Origin: Curvularia clavata
Lineage: Eukaryota
NCBI GenBank assembly: GCA_023920165.1
Contig: CP089277.1
Location: forward strand, 806,001 to 870,000
DNA length: 64,000 nucleotides
Direction of reading: 5' to 3'
Every line of letters begins with the position of its first letter. The first letter of the stretch is position 1. A program made the position numbers and the translations under genes. This document shows, in pieces, positions 39,763 through 51,106 of the stretch. Below the pieces are notes generated by a model. It worked only from the letters and a program-made list of their open reading frames with translations, was not told the origin of the DNA and made no database searches.

Positions 39763-41821
39763 TCAGGTGTGGTTGTCATCATCGTCCTCTGTGACACTCT
39801 CTTCGTCAGACTGTCCGGGTGAGTCTGATATCTCCCGCAGCCTACCAGAGACCAACTCTTCCTCAACTTCCTCAACCTCTTCGACAACGCTGACTCCGCC
39901 GTCTTCATTTTCGGATTCTTCCTCGGCATCATTCAATACGTCCTCTTCCTCTGATTCGGAAGACAGTTCAACATCTACAGTGGTGCCATCGCTGTCGTTT
40001 CCATGGAGTACATAATTCTCATTCTCCGTATCCGCTGGGTAGTGCTTGTTCTGGTTGACCGATCCATCATTGTGCGAACCATCATAGGTTGAGTAGGTAC
40101 TTCCATGTTGGACATCGTGTTGAGTTGGCGTCTCTGATCGGCGCGGTACGTCGAACTGAATGACTGGACTCTCATCTAGCTCAACATCGGTGCCGTGAAT
40201 TGCATCCCAGTCATGTCCGTTCGCAATTGAAGATGCGTTAATGACAGCTTTCCAGTGAGCGATCCTCTTCTGTATGTCATGACGGACGTCGCGTGAGTGG
40301 AAATGGTCTCTAAAATACGATTGGAAGCCGTCGTATAGCTCCACGTTACACAGTTCCTCACCGCCCTGCAATTGAGCTGCCCTAATATGCTGGATCAACA
40401 TTTCCGTCATCTTGTATACAAAAGGTCCACAGGCACCGGTATCCCCACGGAATCGATTGTCGATAGTCTGATGTGGAGTATTGAGTTGAGGTAGATATCT
40501 CCACAAACTGGCATCTTCTCCAAGGATCTTTAGCATACCTCTGCTGATTTCGCGCCCCATATTTTGGGAACTATAATCCTTGATAAACAAAGAATCGAAG
40601 TAATACGTCTTTCGGTGTATTCTATCGATTACGACGAGAGACCAGTGATTTCCTTGAAGGGAGTAGGTGTCGGCGCGACCAGTCGCATCATTGACAACAA
40701 CAAAGATCCATTGTTTGTCCCAGAAACGCGCTTGATACTCAGCGTACTCTTGTGGAGAACTGTCGTCACTGTTTACGGCGAAAAGGCAAATTTGCGACAC
40801 CATGGAACTGGCAATGGCGATTCCGTTGTCACTACAGTCAAAGTCTCGGCTGAGAGTCTCTAGAGCCATGTCTAGACTTTCATCGCGCATCCACGGGTCG
40901 CCACCATCGTCCCAGTTGGTACATCCAATGGAAAAGAAAGCGTCGTTGTGAATCGTAATGTCTCCGAGCCTAAGATACACGTTGGTATCAAACGGGACAT
41001 CCATTTGGAAAGGCCCACCAAAAGCAGTGTATCGACCAGGATGAGGCATTAGTTCCATGTGGGAAAGGCTGGGCAAGGGTTCCAAATGGGAGATCTCAGG
41101 TTGGCAAAGCTCTTTCTGTGACTTATCAACATGTCGCTCAATTGCTGTTAAAGAAACTTCAGATTATACATACCTCAATGTCTTCTTCTTTCCACTCGCT
41201 TGCGGAGTTGGTGCCCCAGCCCTTAGGAGTGTTGACATCAACACTGTACCGTCGCTTATAGAGCGAAGGCCTCGTCCGTCTTGTGGGTAATTTGCCACGC
41301 TCGAAACCACGCGAAGCGATGACAAACAAGCTGTAGGACTTGTAAAGCATCTTTGTTCGTGTCTTTTCGAAGATCCTAGAGAGGCGCCCATACGCATGCT
41401 TTGCTACCTTGGTTTGATTGTAGAACCTCTCGAGAGCGGAAGTCACTATTCTAGATGGCACAGCCTTAGCCGCCCTCTTGAGTGACTTTAAACTTCCTGA
41501 CGGGGATGAGGATCTAGATGATGGAGACTTGTGGCCACTTGGAGGAGGAGCAGCTGGTGAGGTTGCGGACGGGTTGGCATCCTGATCCTGTGTTGGAAGT
41601 GGAGTGAGTGGAATCGTGTGAAGGGCCGGCGTATCTTCTTGAAACGACTGGCTGTCCAGAGGATTCAGGGTTTCCAAAGTTAGAGGATCTTTCACATCAG
41701 GCTGCAAGGGTGCTCGCACTCCTGCCTGTATATGCGTTTCAATGCTGTTGGGAGGGTCAGCACCAAGCGGCGACGCGTCCAAGTCAGAACCGGCCGGGTG
41801 GGTATCTTCAGTGGTACCCAT
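39763..41821 (-). CDS. Divergent Ulp1/SENP8 (peptidase C48)-like cysteine protease. Intron 41173-41116
   Basis: WIFVVVND...GNHWSLVVID...YYFDSL...PHQ...GACGPFV gives His/Asp/Gln/Cys in C48 order. A 58-nt GTATGT...CAG intron joins the two ORFs in frame. Acidic C-terminal tail. Confidence 0.75.
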
Positions 41822-43525
41822 ATTGGCAAAGATCTTGGAGTCGAAGGTTGCGAGCTGTAGTGCGATGTGGGAATTTTTGCGGTACAGTATGTGAGTGCAA
41901 CGGTGGGGGAGCTGGTGTTTTTGTGGTAGGTGCGACCTTCGCGGTGACCTAGACTGAGTTGCGCTTGCTAGACCTCTCAACTTGCGTATTCAGGACGACT
42001 TGGGGCCTGTCCCCAGTCGTTACAATACCAGAATAGACCGAACCGCAAGTGATGCTGGAAGTGACGGCGATATGTGCCAAGAAAGCGATTGCTGGTAGCC
42101 TCACGACGATAAGCACTGCCTGGTGGTGTGCTAGAGCAAATACGTACTGTTCTTGATCTTGAGAGCTTGCGAATCGTAGTGGAAGTCGTATGCAACTTTG
42201 CGCTGGTTATGAGTGAACGCAAGGGGTGTACAGGTCGAAGCGATACTATCAAAGCAGGGCAGCGAGCGCTGAAGGAACAGACACGCGGTGCCAAGATTGA
42301 GCGTGTAAAGTGTGAGTGAGCAGGGATTGTGACGAAGTGACTGGCGTTACTATTGTTGCTATTGATTGCAGTTTGCTATTGTCTGATTGTTCACGTCACC
42401 GCTCCAGTGACGCCGAAATCTTGAAGCCGCAACAGCGAGGAATGGAGTGGCCCGAGGCAAAACATCGCTTTGCATGTCTTTTACGACGAGAAACTAACTG
42501 TATGAGCCAATCAATAAGGTCGTTGCAGTCTGCCTTTACGGACCTGTTGTTGTAGCAGTTTGACGGCATACCACCACTAACGAAGTCATTGTAGCGTACA
42601 TGTTACAATCATGCCATTCTCCCATGGGCTCCAAATTACGTCACACTCAAGCTCGCCGGGGTTTGCTAGCCGGAAATCAAAGTTTTGGGACTAGGGCGAC
42701 CGTTTGCACATTGCAATTGCAAGTGCTATGATTGCACATGTGGTGTGGGTCCAAAAAAGAGAACCGAAGTACAGCGCTGAATTGTTGACAATGAACCATC
42801 TACCCATCTCAAGAGTATCAGACATGTCGTTCTCCAAAGCGCTTACCGCGACATGGAAAGGGAAGACAAGGCCTACCTAGGCACACTCACAGCAAACACA
42901 CAAATATCAGCACAGCAAAACTCTCCCGGAAACCAAATGGACTATTTACAGTTTAAGAAAAGCTTAGGAAAGGGCATGTAGTGGTATAGACTATCAAGGA
43001 AAAATTCCACAATAAAGAAAAGAAGCTCTCGCAAGACGAAAGCCAAGCATGAAAGTATGTGAAGAAGGTGCCGGTGACGGAGAGCCAGCTGCGCCTACCG
43101 CGCAAAGTAACCCTCGGCAATCCTTGGATAATAAGTGCTCACCTCCAACCTCCTTGTCTAGTCGACGCTGTCAAATGCCACCACTTTTCGGGGCCTATGT
43201 AATTTCCCCACAGATACTCCTTGAAGATGCTAATACAAAGTAAACTGAAAAAGGAAAATTGATAAAAAAAAACGCCGTGTCTCTTTCGGATCGTCTCTGC
43301 AAAATTGTTAGATATGCCCACGCTAGGTATTCTCCCGAGACATCTGTCGCATATCAAAATCAAGCTTTTAAGTGCCCCATGGATCTATGTCGCGTCACGT
43401 TGACTTGCAAACATGGTGTGCTCAATGAGTCAAAACGTATTCGCATCTTGGCACGGAAGCCGGCTGTGAACGGTACTGCTAGCACCCTGCGTGTGTACTA
43501 GAACGTCCATAGAGCTTTCGTCTGT

Positions 43526-46105
43526 TCACTCTCCGGTACTGGATCCTCGTAGCCTCCTACCAAGGGTCACACTACGACCAAGATCTGATATGCCACCAAC
43601 CGAATGTCTGTTGCTCGGGTTTCGGGCAACGTTTAGTTGCGTTCGAGCCCGTAAGCCTGCAGTAGCTGGCGATCCCTCTCGGCCTAGATTGTGGCCGTAA
43701 CGGCTCTGAGTATCCCGGAACAAGAGACTGTGCTCATTCGAGGGAGTACTGCTTGAAATGCTAGGCCGACGAAGACTCGAGCTGGACTGAAGCGAGGGCG
43801 AGGGCTGCAAATCATGCATTGGCTCACGAGGGGTAAATTGCCTGCCGGTGCTATAACGGTTGGTCTCGTTTTGTTGCTGCCGCGACCGAAAGTCAATTGA
43901 GGTCATTGCACGTGATGGTGCACGGAATATTGGATCTTCGTCGTCTTCTTCAGCACTCTTACGCGCCCGATGAAGACTTGTACCTGCTCGCTGTAGTCGC
44001 GATGGGACATGTCTTTCGTCGTAGGGCTCTTGACTGCTTTCTCGCTGAGTACCATTAGATCCCACACCAAGCATACTGCTCCTTCGGGCTTCAATGCGTG
44101 ACATTGCTCTGCTGGGACTAACACCAGTCAATGTGTTGCTCTCGGGTTCGATGCTTTCTCGTATAGTTGGTGAGTCGCCGTTGAACTGGACGCTCGGTCG
44201 ACGTGAGATTGTAGCCGTATTCGACCGAAAGGCTGGACTGGCAAAGCCCGTCTTGGTGTCACACAGAGCTATACATAGCTCCGTCAAACTACGGCAGAGG
44301 TTGTCAGCTTTGCGCCTAACCTGACGGTCCGACACAACGGCACCATTGATGATGGAGCTTGCAGAATGGAGTGTGCCCTGAGGCCCACCGCTGCCGCTCA
44401 TTTCAGCCAGGGCTAGCGCTTCTTGTGCAGTAGCTTCCAGCGTACGGTACACTGCCGGCGATATATGTTGTCGCGCCTTGGCAAGCGCATCCCTTAGCAG
44501 TGGGTGGGTTTTGCTGCTATTAGGAGTATGGGCACTGACTGTGGACTCGGATGGTGACTGGTTCGGCTTTCGCTGTTGGTTTGGCGATGAGGACACAGTC
44601 GTAGCCGAAGTGTTCGCTGTGCGCGGACGATCGGCCGACGCTTGAGATACAATGGCACCAGATGTCGAAGGTATCTTGCCTCCCATCTCAATCTTGCGTA
44701 TCCGAGACTTGAGTTCATCCAATTCATCCCACACAGACGCTGCAGGTCCGGTGGAGCCATGCGACTCGGTGCCGTCGGCGCGTGAGGAAGCTTCAAACGA
44801 CGTCTCCACCTGGGGAGTTCGTGGTTCATGGGAAAGATTGGATGGCCTATACGGCTGAATTGGCGTACGACTCGGCGGTGTACTCTGGACGTCTGGCTGG
44901 GATGAGCGCCTTGTTGAGGAGAACTGAGCGAGGAAGTCGCGCGGTGAGAGGTCTGCGTCCCTTCGGACCGAACTCAAAGATGCCTTGTGCGAAAGCTGGG
45001 GAGTTCGGTAAGTTGCTTCTGGTGCTGGCGAGTTTGGAGATCGCTCATAGCGGGAGGGGGTTGGTAGATGCGAGCCTCGACGGAGACTACCCGATCTAGA
45101 GTCTACTGCGGAGGGTATTCGACTTGAAGTGGGCGTAACAGAGGTTGAGTGCGCCGGCGAAGGCGTCTGTAGAGCTGACGGGTACGACTGCCGCTCATTG
45201 ATTCGGGCAACTCGAGACTGTAATGGTCAGCTTCCTGTAGCGCAGTAGACAGCATATGAAGGACAGATCTGAACAGGCACGGCGCGCTCGTACGCCGCTG
45301 TCGCAACTCATTTCTGCTCAATGGGTCGTCTCACCTTCAACCGGTCAATCCGTGCCGTGGGATCCGCTGGACGCTGCTGCTGCTTGGGCGCACTATCAGC
45401 AGCGATGTTTAGGAACAGGTCCTCCTTCTCGCCATCTGTGCCTGGCGTTACAGGCGCGGGCGCTCCCCGCCCGCTATGCGCCGCATGGTAGTCCTCCATC
45501 CGGCTGCGGGGGCCAGAGTCGTATTCGGACGACTCAGTCGAGCTTGCCATTCGTCGCGGCGGAGGACGAGAGCTGGCGGTAGAGTTGCGTCGAGAAGCGG
45601 GGGGTCGCAGTAGACTTGTGGTACCGGCAGCGCTTGTTTGCTGCTGTTGTTTTTGCGAGGGTTCGCTCCAGGCGCCCGGTTCTTCCTCCCCACGCTGCTT
45701 GCTCAACGGATACGAGCCACTTGGGGATACCAGCACTGTTGGGGAGAATTGCTGCTGCGCATAGGAAAGATCGGCGGGGTTCTGGGAGCTGCGGCTGCGC
45801 GTAACGAGAGCAACAGGAGGGCCGCGCGAATTGTCTATGCCATGCGCGCTATGCGAGGCCGGGGGCCGTCTTGGGGCGGTGGACGTGGACGTGGACGAGG
45901 TGGTTGAGGGCAGGCGTAGCAGCGTCGGCGGGTCGGGGTTTGTGTTTGTGCGCTGGCGGGTGGGCTTGGGGAGCGGCTTGGGCGCGGGCGACGTGTGCGA
46001 GGTCAGCGTGTTTCGCCGGGTCGTGGTGGGTGCGTGTGGTTGGTGTTGTTGTTGTTGTAGGGCTCCTCCAGACGAAATGCGAGAATGCGTCGTGGTCGGC
46101 GGCAT
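43526..46105 (-). CDS. Mto2/Spa18-like disordered non-centrosomal MTOC protein. Intron 45334-45218; start codon uncertain
   Basis: Helical islands VWDELDELKSRIRKIE and ADNLCRSLTELCIAL resemble S. pombe Mto2 (VLQELENLRERLNQVE, DALCRSLAELCLGL, recalled from memory). The GTGAGA...GCTGAC...CAG intron links the ORFs in frame. Confidence 0.7.
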
Positions 46106-47142
46106 GGCTGCAGCAGTCCAGGTGCGCTGGCACACACCAGACAGGGATGACGGTCAACGTTTCAGAGCACACACTCAGCCCGTCATGGCTGCTACGAGGG
46201 CCCACCGACTGCGCATGCTCGCTTTGCAGTGCAAAAGGAAGATGCTTGCGGCACTGCGATGCTGCGACGCTGCAGAGAACCCGCATTCTCGACCTTGGCC
46301 CATTTCTTGCTAGGGTGGCCGGGCCTTCACACGACATGGCACAACCCCCCTCTCGAGCGAATGATGTGCAGCCAGCCCTATGCTATAACCAACCACCTGG
46401 GGCCTATATCACCCGCTATACACCGCCCAAGCAAGATTTTCCACTGGCTTCGTCGTTGCGCGCCTGCGGGGCCGTGTCTCGACGTCTCGACGGGCGCCAG
46501 CGGCACAACGTTGCTATCGACACGCTTTCTCGTCATAACCTCCTCCTGCAGCGCGCGCTGACTCGTGATCACTCGCTTTTAAATGAGCCTCTGCTTACGG
46601 TTAATTTCTTTCTCCCTGTTGCGAGCGCACACCGCTGCTTCTCTGTCTGCCAACACTACGTTCCTTTTTTGGCTGCTATCATCCCAAGGTGATGACTGAA
46701 ACCGCATCGGGACGGGTGCGGAACGGCTGTATTGACCAAGTCTGTTCCTGCATTCGCCATACCCGGCAAGGAAGTCGTCCACGGGGCGCATAAGCAAGGC
46801 TGGCACGGCTGGCACGGCTGACGACACTGGCATTGCCTTCTATTTATGCAAGTCTGTAGTACGGAGGGAAACCGATATGCTCGAGGCGCTCGTAGATACA
46901 GGAATATGGTACTCCGTCTGAAGCGACTAGCTGCATTGGTGTGCACTGGGGGCGGGGGGCGCAGTGGAAGCTCCGGTGAAGGCATGGAGCTTCCCGCGAC
47001 TTGGGCTTCTACATCACGTGATACGGACCCGGCAGAACCAGGGCGCCGGCAAGGCCGATGAAATAATCTCGTCTTGCCATCCGCTCCAGCCTGGGCATCA
47101 CTGCGATCGCGATACCCAGCCCAGTCCACTCCCAGCATCAAC

Positions 47143-48804
47143 ATGTCCGTCGCAGCACTGTCCAAGTCGCTGCCCAAGCCAAAATACTCGGGTGAGGAGG
47201 AGGAACTCACCAACAGCACGCGCGTGCTGAGCTCCGAACAGTACGAAGCGCAGGTCGCACGCAAGAAGAATGGCCCACCCGCATACGGCAGCAGGCAAAG
47301 TTGGCGACCCCGCGCGCCCGAGGACTTTGGTGATGGAGGCGCATTCCCAGAGGTTCATGTCGCGCAGTATCCGCTGGATATGGGAAAGAAGGGCACTCCA
47401 TCTACATCCAATGCTCTCGTGAGGAGAGTCGATGGCGAGGGCAAAACCAAATACGATGAGATTGCGAGGCGTGGGCACAGCGACTCAAGAATCGTCCAGG
47501 CAAGCTTCAAAGATCTCATCCCCTTGCGTCAACGGGCAGACGCTGGCGAATTGGATCTGTCGCGTCCGAGTCAAGAAGTGGTGCAGGCAACAAAGGAGAG
47601 AACAGAACAGGCGCTCATGGCTCTGGTGGCAGGACAGACTGCCGCGCAGCGACCAAAGAACGTCCAAGGCCGAAAAGACGACGAGCCCACCTTCGTGCGA
47701 TACACTCCGACTGCGCAAATGGGTGAAGCCCAGGGGAAGACGCGTATCTTCAAAATCCAACAACGGCAAATCGATCCCATGGAGCCGCCAAAATTCAAGC
47801 ACAAGCGTATCCCTCGTGGACCACCCTCGCCTCCACCACCTGTTCTCCACTCCCCTCCTCGAAAACTGACCGCCGAAGACCAAGAGATGTGGAAAATCCC
47901 ACCCCCAATCAGTAACTGGAAGAATCCCAAGGGTTACACAGTACCTCTGGACAAGCGTCTGGCAGCTGATGGGCGAGGTCTTCAAGATATTACAATCAAC
48001 GATAAGTTTGCGCAATTTGGTGAGGCTCTGCAGGCTGCAGATAGGCATGCCCGGGAAGAAGTCAAGCAGCGCGCCATCATGCAACAGCGTTTGGCAGAGA
48101 AAGAAAAGCTACAAAAGGAGGAGCATCTGCGAAACCTGGCAAAGCAGGCCCGAGAAGACCGTGCGAACGCCGCTCGAAGACGACATAGCGATTCGGAAAC
48201 AGACTCGGAGGAGGAAGAAGTGCGGAAGAGGATGGAGGCGCGCAAAGAGCGTCGTGAGGACTTCCAGCGTGAATTTCGCCAGTCGCGCATGGGCAATGAG
48301 CGCAAGATCCAGATGCTTGCTCGCGAGCAAAACCGCGACATCTCCGAAAAGGTTGCTCTTGGCCTGGCAAAGCCAACACAAAGTGGAGAATCTATGTACG
48401 ATGCTCGGCTGTTCAATCAGTCGAGTGGATTCAATGCGGGTTTCAACGAGGATAACCATTACGACAAGCCTCTGTTCGCTGCTCAAGACGCGATAAGCAG
48501 CATCTACCGCCCGAACGTGCAGCAGGATGATGATGGAGAAGACGATGGACAGACGTATGACAGGCTTACCAAATCGAGCAAATTTGAAGTCTTGGGTAAG
48601 GCCAAGGAAGGCTTCAAGGGTGCCGATCTACAAGAAGCTCGTGATGGGCCAGTCCAATTCGAGAAGGACACCGACGACCCTTTTAATATTAATCAGATGA
48701 TCGACGAGGTTAGGGGTGAGAAGAAGGGCGAAAAGCGTTATGGTATCCAAGAGCCCGAGGGCAGGTCAACGAAGCGTGCCAGGGTGGATGACGACAGTGA
48801 TTGA
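47143..48804 (+). CDS. PRP45: Pre-mRNA splicing factor Prp45/SKIP/SNW1
   Basis: DFGDGGAFPEVHVAQYP, DPMEPPKFKH, PPSPPPPVLHSPPRK, WKIPPPISNWKNPKGYTVPLDKRL (SNW motif). Confidence 0.97.
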   Translation: MSVAALSKSLPKPKYSGEEEELTNSTRVLSSEQYEAQVARKKNGPPAYGSRQSWRPRAPEDFGDGGAFPEVHVAQYPLDMGKKGTPSTSNALVRRVDGEGKTKYDEIARRGHSDSRIVQASFKDLIPLRQRADAGELDLSRPSQEVVQATKERTEQALMALVAGQTAAQRPKNVQGRKDDEPTFVRYTPTAQMGEAQGKTRIFKIQQRQIDPMEPPKFKHKRIPRGPPSPPPPVLHSPPRKLTAEDQEMWKIPPPISNWKNPKGYTVPLDKRLAADGRGLQDITINDKFAQFGEALQAADRHAREEVKQRAIMQQRLAEKEKLQKEEHLRNLAKQAREDRANAARRRHSDSETDSEEEEVRKRMEARKERREDFQREFRQSRMGNERKIQMLAREQNRDISEKVALGLAKPTQSGESMYDARLFNQSSGFNAGFNEDNHYDKPLFAAQDAISSIYRPNVQQDDDGEDDGQTYDRLTKSSKFEVLGKAKEGFKGADLQEARDGPVQFEKDTDDPFNINQMIDEVRGEKKGEKRYGIQEPEGRSTKRARVDDDSD

Positions 48805-49510
48805 GTAACTTTTGGTACCACCAATGGCGTTTGGGAGTTCTTCTTCGCGCAGTACAAAATTGCTGTTGCGGTCTTTTATGAGCATTGCAAGCGATAACAG
48901 GCCATATTGTCTGGCCTTTAGAATCTTCAATATCTGAATGTGTACCGAACCTCTCGAGATAGCGAACTCAACTTTGGTAATGTGCATGCTTAGTAGTATG
49001 CGTGTTCAGCATCCACTTTGACATAAACCCCGTTCCCTGGCTATGCACGTATGCTGACTACCAATCTGTCACTAACGGTATCTCGGATACCCCAGTTTCG
49101 GATGGTGCACCTAGTTCAGATCACACTGCTCTCTGGTGTCAACAAGTCCCTTCCCGTTCTTGGTTCCCGCACCGTATCCTAGTCTCGGATGGCGCACCTG
49201 GTAGCTATCCGTGGTATCAACACTTCCGTTCGTCGCTCCACAACCCCGCCATCAAATACTGTACCCATACTACGCTGCAGTGAGTGCAAAAGTATCACGG
49301 AATTAACGGCAATGCGCGCTTGATTTGCGCTGGTATGCATAAGAGCCGCCGATATGTTGCCGGTTGGCGAGCCTTGATCACGTTGCTTTCCTTCCTATCA
49401 GCTTACTTCGGAGTTGGGCCTGCCATGCAAGACAAGCAGCGCGTATTTAAAGACCTCACGCATTCCGTTCTACGCACTCCAGCGTTACTGCGCAAAACCA
49501 ACAAGACAAA

Positions 49511-50590
49511 ATGAGTGAACGAAACTCGGCAGTATCTGATAGCAAACAGCACAAGTTCAACCCAAACTTTACAGATGCCGTCATCAATGCGACGGGACCG
49601 AAGGCTACCCCTCGAGTCAGACAACTCACTGCGGGATTGATAAGGCATCTGCACGATTTTGCGAGAGAGAATGAGCTCACAGTCGACGAGTGGATGATAG
49701 GGGTACAACTGGTACGTCCAGATGTCTTCCTAGGCTGCATATTTACCCTACATACAATGGAACACATACCGATGGTGGACAGATGAACGAAGCAGGTCGA
49801 ATGTCCGACTCTAAACGCAATGAAGGCCAACTCCTCTGCGACGTCCTCGGCCTTGAGTCACTCGTCGACGAGATAACGTACAAGCTCGCTTCCACCGCCG
49901 CCGATGAGCCTACCGCTACCGCTATCCTAGGCCCCTTCTATCGAGAAAACGCACCAGAACTGCCCATGGGATCATGTATTGTGTCAAAGGAGATAAATGA
50001 GCAAGGCGATCGGACATGGATGCATGGAACGGTCACTGATTTCAAGACTGGGGCGCCGATTGAAGGTGCAGTGGTTGATGTCTGGCACACAGCGCCAAAC
50101 GGCTTGTACGAACAGCAGGATCTTAATCAACCGGATATGAATCTCAGGGGCAGATTTACAACCGGAAAGGATGGAAAGTACAGTTTCTACTGTTTGCGGC
50201 CAGTACCTTATCCTATCCCCTTTGATGGTCCTGCAGGGAAGGTTCTGCAAGCGCTCGACAGACACCCGTTTCGGCCGGCACACATACATTTTTTGGTAAG
50301 TGCATACTCGCATATAGTCGAGAGACGAACGCTTTGGAGGCAATGAACTGACTAAATGGAAGCTCACGGCGCCTGGCTACAAGCCGATTGTCACGCAAAT
50401 ATTCGATCGGAAGAGCAAGTACATTGACGACGACGCTGTCTTTGCGGTCAAGGACTCACTCATCGTGGACTTCAAGCCATTCGAAGGTGACCCTAAGGCA
50501 GACTTTGAGTTGCCGTACGACTTTAAGATGGCCAGCTTTGAGGACGCGAAGAAGCACTCAGCTACGGGGACGACAGAGGAGAGCGCGTAG
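49511..50590 (+). CDS. Intradiol ring-cleavage dioxygenase, probably catechol 1,2-dioxygenase type. Introns 49712-49782, 50296-50362
   Basis: LIRHLHDFARE, ILGPFY and DVWH motifs. Fe ligands GLY(Tyr), PVPY(Tyr) and RPAHIH (His, His). The last exon VTQIFDR...DDAVFAVKDSL ends at TAG 50590. Confidence 0.92.
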
Positions 50591-51106
50591 ATGCAGTAGA
50601 CAAAATAAGCTCTTCATTTCTCCGTTAAGCATAGTTTGTGTGACATGCTTCTGCTGTCCTAACTCGAATAACCAACATTCTCCGTTCCTTATTCTCCGAG
50701 CTCGCTTGTGTTCCGATATCAGTTGAGGCATTCCGATCTTAGGCCGCTCCCCGCATTGCGCTACTCCACTAACCGTGTCCAACCGAACCGCGGTTGTCAA
50801 TCAACGCCTTACACGCCCTAGCTCAAAGGTCAAATGACTACTGCTGCTGTCGTATTTAGATTTCTCATTCTGTATTATCCTTACATTCTTCAAGATTACA
50901 AGAAATTGCTTACATACAGTCCTACGTCAGGCCTTGACACTTGGCAGGGTCAAGTTTACAGTACGTTTATTATAGCTATAGTTATGCTATGACGCTCTAC
51001 ACCGTGAGCCAGCTTACTGATAAATCCAAGACACCTTCTCAAAACACCAATAACATTACCGACTTGTCACAATATAAATACACAGAAGATTCTAGGACGG
51101 TCCACC

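Noticed and set aside
45871..47264. 273-aa and 202-aa ORFs between the Mto2-like gene and PRP45
   Set aside because: They lie in a GC-rich divergent promoter or antisense to real CDSs, and their composition is not protein-like.
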